DNA of 26,523 bases from a virus (taxonomy: Duplodnaviria; Heunggongvirae; Uroviricota; Caudoviricetes): IMG/VR virus record IMGVR_UViG_3300037418_003165, positions 64,001-90,523 of that record, one strand, 5' to 3'. The translations under genes were made by a program, and so were the position numbers. The notes below the pieces were generated by a model. The model searched no databases. It was not told the DNA's origin and saw only the letters and a program-made list of their open reading frames with translations. Shown here one piece after another: positions 23,006-26,523 of this stretch (within the stretch, counting starts at the first letter, position 1; the number at the start of each line of letters is the position of its first letter).

Positions 23006-23280
23006 GCGATCCGGATCTGTTGATGCCCGCGCGGAAATGCTTCTGCTGCAAAGAAATCGACCTGTACGCGCCGAAATGGGTGTGCTGGGAATGCATGAGG
23101 TCTCTCGGCCACATGAAGGACGAGATCTGGTCGGTCGCGGACATGCCGATCGACCACCCGGACAAGCAGGCCGTCATTCAGCGCGCCAAGCGGTTCATCG
23201 TCACGCGGGCCCGCACCGCCGAGGCCGCTAAGAAGGCAGCGGCCGGGGCCCGCGCTGCTGCCCGGAAGAGAGTGGCATGA
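23002..23280 (+). CDS. Hypothetical protein with CxxC..CxxC putative Zn ribbon, 92 aa
   Basis: KCFCCK..WVCWEC; coupled operon gene. Confidence 0.7.
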   Translation: MSDPDLLMPARKCFCCKEIDLYAPKWVCWECMRSLGHMKDEIWSVADMPIDHPDKQAVIQRAKRFIVTRARTAEAAKKAAAGARAAARKRVA

Positions 23281-23957
23281 CGACCTCAACTGCGACCGAG
23301 CAGGACGAACTCGACGCGGAGGCCAGCGCCCCCGAGATGATCGAGCAAGCGAAGCGTGTGGTCGCTACCTATGCCCGCGACGCTGCCGAGTGCCAGCAAT
23401 TCTTGGCCATGCTCGGCATCGGGCCCGCTCCGGAGAAGCCGAAACCGAAACCGGCTGAGCCCGGGCTGCGGTGTGAGTGCGGCCGGGCCGCCTGGAACGG
23501 CGACAAATGCCACCAGTGCCTGACGACGGTGCCGGTTGATGAGATCCGGGAAGTAGTCGTGCGAATCCGCCTCGCCACGGATCTGGAGCCGTCATCGATC
23601 GCGCCGATGGCGGACGTCGAACCGCGGCACCTGGTCAGGATCATGCGGCCAGCCAGCGACGGCATGCGGGCGAAACGCACGATTCTCGAGAAGCTGCTCT
23701 CAACCGAGCAGAAGATCGCCGCCGGATCGATCTCGGTGCCGGAGAGCCCTGCTCAGTATGTGCACCGGGTGCAGGCACACCTCGACAAGCTCGATGCCGC
23801 GGGCAAAACCACCGGCTGGATCGCCAACGCCGCGCAGGTTCCCCGCCGTTTCGTGCGTGACCTCCGACGCTCCAGCGACGACCGCACTCGAATCAACAAG
23901 GAATCCGCCGAACGCCTGCTCGCGATCGACGTATCCGCGGCGGCGGAGAAGTCATGA
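23277..23957 (+). CDS. Hypothetical multi-domain protein (putative Zn motif and HTH-like C-terminus), 226 aa
   Basis: ARDAAECQQFLAMLGI; CECG..CHQC; VQAHLDKL..WIANAAQVPRRFVRDL..AERLLAI. Confidence 0.7.
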   Translation: MTTSTATEQDELDAEASAPEMIEQAKRVVATYARDAAECQQFLAMLGIGPAPEKPKPKPAEPGLRCECGRAAWNGDKCHQCLTTVPVDEIREVVVRIRLATDLEPSSIAPMADVEPRHLVRIMRPASDGMRAKRTILEKLLSTEQKIAAGSISVPESPAQYVHRVQAHLDKLDAAGKTTGWIANAAQVPRRFVRDLRRSSDDRTRINKESAERLLAIDVSAAAEKS

Positions 23958-24787
23958 CCGAAACCAAACGACTTTCCCGACAAGGAGATCCGTTGTCCAA
24001 CACGTTGTCGGAGCCGAGGCCGCTCGTGTTCCTCGACACCGAAACCACCCACCTGCACCCCCGGCTACGGCGACCGTGGGAGATCGCGATGATCCGCCGA
24101 CCCGCACTCCCGAACAACGCCGACCGGATCACCATGATGATCACCGACGTCGATCTCAGCGACGCCGACCCGGAATCGCTGAAGATCGGGCGCTTCTACG
24201 AGCGGCATCCACTCGAGCACGACCGCGGCGCAAAGATGCGGGAGCTGATCGACCGGTCGTCTCTGGGATCCCCGGCCGTCCGCACGCTCTCCGCCCGAAC
24301 CTCCGAAGCAGAGGTCGAGCGGATCCTCCACCGTGCCAGGGGACTCGTCAGCACCTCGGCCGAAGGGGCGCTCGAAACGAAATACATGAGCGAGTCCGAG
24401 GCCGCCCACGTCGTCGAGTGGTGGATCCGCGACGCCATCGTGATCGGCCTGGTGCCCGATTTCGACACCTACACCCTCGATCCGATGCTGCGCCGCCACG
24501 GGCTGCTGCCCCGCCAGTACTACCACTGCATCGACGTCGAGACCGAGGCCGCGGGCTGGCTGCGTGGCCGCCTCCACGCCGGCGATCCCGAGCTCGTCGA
24601 CCGCGCTGACGAGGTACTCGATGCCCTGGCACTGCCCCGAAAATCCGACGCCCTGTCCCGGCTCTGCGGCGTCGAACCGCCCACCGACACCGAACGCCAC
24701 ACGGCCATGGGTGACACCGCCTGGGACGAACGCTGGTGGGACGCAATCACTCCGGCTCTGCCGCAACCAGGAGGCATCGCAGCATGA
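23954..24787 (+). CDS. DEDDh (DnaQ-like) 3'-5' exonuclease, 277 aa
   Basis: ExoI FLDTETT, ExoII PDFD, ExoIII HTAMGD. Confidence 0.85.
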   Translation: MTETKRLSRQGDPLSNTLSEPRPLVFLDTETTHLHPRLRRPWEIAMIRRPALPNNADRITMMITDVDLSDADPESLKIGRFYERHPLEHDRGAKMRELIDRSSLGSPAVRTLSARTSEAEVERILHRARGLVSTSAEGALETKYMSESEAAHVVEWWIRDAIVIGLVPDFDTYTLDPMLRRHGLLPRQYYHCIDVETEAAGWLRGRLHAGDPELVDRADEVLDALALPRKSDALSRLCGVEPPTDTERHTAMGDTAWDERWWDAITPALPQPGGIAA

Positions 24788-25041
24788 CCCCAGAAGCTGC
24801 CGAGGCCGGCCTCTGGGCCGATCCGCACTCGCTGTCGCGGTTGACCGATGCGTTGCGCGCGTTGGGCGATGAGTTCGGGCCGATGGCCGTAGCTCGGATC
24901 GCGACCGTGTTGACGCATCCGTCGCATGTGGCCCAGGCCGCCGGCGGGATGCAGCCGCAGCTGGTGCCCGCACTGTCTCTCGTCACCGCCCGGATCCAGG
25001 ACCGCTCGCGCCCCGTCCGCGAGGTCGACCGCCATGGGTGA
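24784..25041 (+). CDS. Hypothetical protein, 85 aa
   Basis: GGAGG RBS and ATGA overlap. Confidence 0.7.
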   Translation: MTPEAAEAGLWADPHSLSRLTDALRALGDEFGPMAVARIATVLTHPSHVAQAAGGMQPQLVPALSLVTARIQDRSRPVREVDRHG

Positions 25042-25339
25042 ATTCGCGCAACCGACTCCGATCGACGGCGGCTTCTGCGTGAAGGTGCTGCCCGGCGGAG
25101 AGTACTGCGTCGACGTGCGTCGGATGGCCTTCAACTGGCGGTTGTTGTTGGCGCCTCGGCCGCCGCTGGTCCCAGATCCGCACATGGTTTTCGACCACGG
25201 CTGGTGCTACTTCGGCCACGGCCACGACGCCGCCGGCCAGCCGCGGACGATGCAGGCCGCCTACCTCCGGGCGCTGGCGGCCGCGCACTCCTGGGACGGG
25301 GTCGGTGCTCCGGAGGGATTCGACAAGGCGGCGTTCTGA
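25034..25339 (+). CDS. Hypothetical protein, 101 aa
   Basis: GAGG RBS; MAFNWRL..DHGWCY..ALAAAHSWDG. Confidence 0.7.
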   Translation: MGEFAQPTPIDGGFCVKVLPGGEYCVDVRRMAFNWRLLLAPRPPLVPDPHMVFDHGWCYFGHGHDAAGQPRTMQAAYLRALAAAHSWDGVGAPEGFDKAAF

Positions 25340-25376
25340 ATGGATTCGAGATTCGACTAGGTGCAGGAGGTGGCCG

Positions 25377-25625
25377 GTGGTGAGCAGGGAGATCGACGGT
25401 ACTGGTCCGACTGTCGAAGACGGCCGCATCACGGTCCGTGACGGTTGGGCGGCGACCACTTTCGAACGCGACGTCGCTACCGGCCGCATCCGCATCATCG
25501 GCTACAGCCGGAGAGCGGAGAACCGGTTGACGGAGGTCCACGGGATGGGTATGTCCGCGAAAGCGGCACAAGACCTCGCGCGCGGTCTTCTCGTCCTCGC
25601 CGCGGCGGGATCGGAGAAGCGGTGA
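25377..25625 (+). CDS. Hypothetical protein, 82 aa
   Basis: AGGAGG at 25365-25370, GTG 25377; GTGA overlap with the next gene. Confidence 0.65.
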   Translation: MVSREIDGTGPTVEDGRITVRDGWAATTFERDVATGRIRIIGYSRRAENRLTEVHGMGMSAKAAQDLARGLLVLAAAGSEKR

Positions 25626-26470
25626 TCCTGGGCTTCGAGCGCCCCGCTCCGACCGAGCGGGGCGTTTACCCGAATATCGCCCATCACGCCTATCACGCCG
25701 ACCGCCGGTCGGTGTCCTCGTCGGGGATGCGGCGGCTCAACCGCACCGCGCCGCGCCAATTCAAGTACGAACTCGACAACCCGAAAGTCCAGTCCACCAA
25801 GTATTTCGATCTCGGCACGGTGGTGCACACCTTGGTGTTCGGGGTAGGCCCGGAGATCGTGGTCGTCTACTACGACGCGTGGCGCAAGGACGATGCGAAG
25901 GCCGAGCGGCAGGCGGCGTGGGATCAGGGGAAGACGCCGATCCTGCTGCACGAGTACGAGCAGGCCCGAGCGATGGCCGATGCGGTACTCAACCACCCGA
26001 TCGCCGGGCCGCTGGTCGCCCAGTCGATACCGGAGCTGTCCCTGTATGTGGAAGACCCGGTGACCGGGATCATGATGCGCGCCCGGCCCGACGGCTACAA
26101 CGACAGCGGTAGCCCGCTGATCTTGGTCGATCTGAAGACGTCCACGACCGCCGACCCGCGTGCTTTCGGGTGGTCGGCAAGGGATTTCGGCTACGACGAG
26201 CAAGACGCTTGGTACGTCGACGTTGTTCGGCTGCTCGGCCTGGCCGAGGACGTGACGTTCCTGTTCATTGTGGTCGCCAAGGAAGAGCCGCATCTCGTGT
26301 CGGTTGTCGAGCTGCCGCCCCGTGCGGTCGCGCGCGGCCGGCACTTCAACCGGCTGGCGCTGGACCGCTACGCGGAGTGCCGCCGCACAGACATCTGGCC
26401 CGAATTCGCTGACGACGTGCTCCTGGTCGACCTGCCGCGGGCCGCCTACTACGGACTGGAGCTGCAATGA
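25622..26470 (+). CDS. RecE-like PD-(D/E)XK exonuclease (DUF3799/ExoVIII type), 282 aa
   Basis: YHAD..SSSG, LGTVVH, ELSLY, MRARPDG, LVDLKTS, GYDEQDAWY and FIVVAKEEP motifs. Confidence 0.9.
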   Translation: MILGFERPAPTERGVYPNIAHHAYHADRRSVSSSGMRRLNRTAPRQFKYELDNPKVQSTKYFDLGTVVHTLVFGVGPEIVVVYYDAWRKDDAKAERQAAWDQGKTPILLHEYEQARAMADAVLNHPIAGPLVAQSIPELSLYVEDPVTGIMMRARPDGYNDSGSPLILVDLKTSTTADPRAFGWSARDFGYDEQDAWYVDVVRLLGLAEDVTFLFIVVAKEEPHLVSVVELPPRAVARGRHFNRLALDRYAECRRTDIWPEFADDVLLVDLPRAAYYGLELQ

Positions 26471-26523
26471 CCGAAACAGCCACCGCCGCCACCGGTTCCG
26501 ACCACACTGCCACCGGCCAGCCC
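26467..26523 (+). CDS. Start of next gene (3'-truncated); position suggests a RecT-like annealing protein
   Basis: ATGA overlap with the RecE-like stop; only 19 codons visible, so identity rests on synteny alone. Confidence 0.3.
   Translation, partial: MTETATAATGSDHTATGQP

Overview
High-GC temperate actinobacteriophage DNA; a Nocardia-like host is inferred from the cargo gene families. The window runs in virion-genome order. (1) 1-8997, + strand: distal tail genes interrupted by a lysis cassette with a split endolysin (C39 peptidase plus DUF1906/GH25-like muramidase), four membrane genes and an extra papain-like cysteine peptidase. (2) About 9070-16570: a 7.5 kb cargo block between a strong terminator and the integrase. 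It holds a lone Clp N-terminal-domain protein, a secreted protein, a divergent XRE locus with a perfect operator, a fused NAD(P)HX epimerase/dehydratase (nnr), a glycine-zipper exported protein, and a Cys/His-motif coiled-coil protein beside a dense array of short repeats. (3) A 48-bp symmetric attP-like site (16653-16700) and a phiRv1-type large serine integrase. (4) An immunity region with a polytopic membrane protein, a small XRE, a repressor and a Cro-like gene, with several operator-like repeats. (5) The early operon: RDF candidate, small hypotheticals, DEDDh exonuclease and RecE-like exonuclease. The main inference is that an apparently intact attP places the cargo block, including the NAD(P)HX repair gene, inside the phage genome. 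Family assignments come from motif recognition and memory only; no database search was run.
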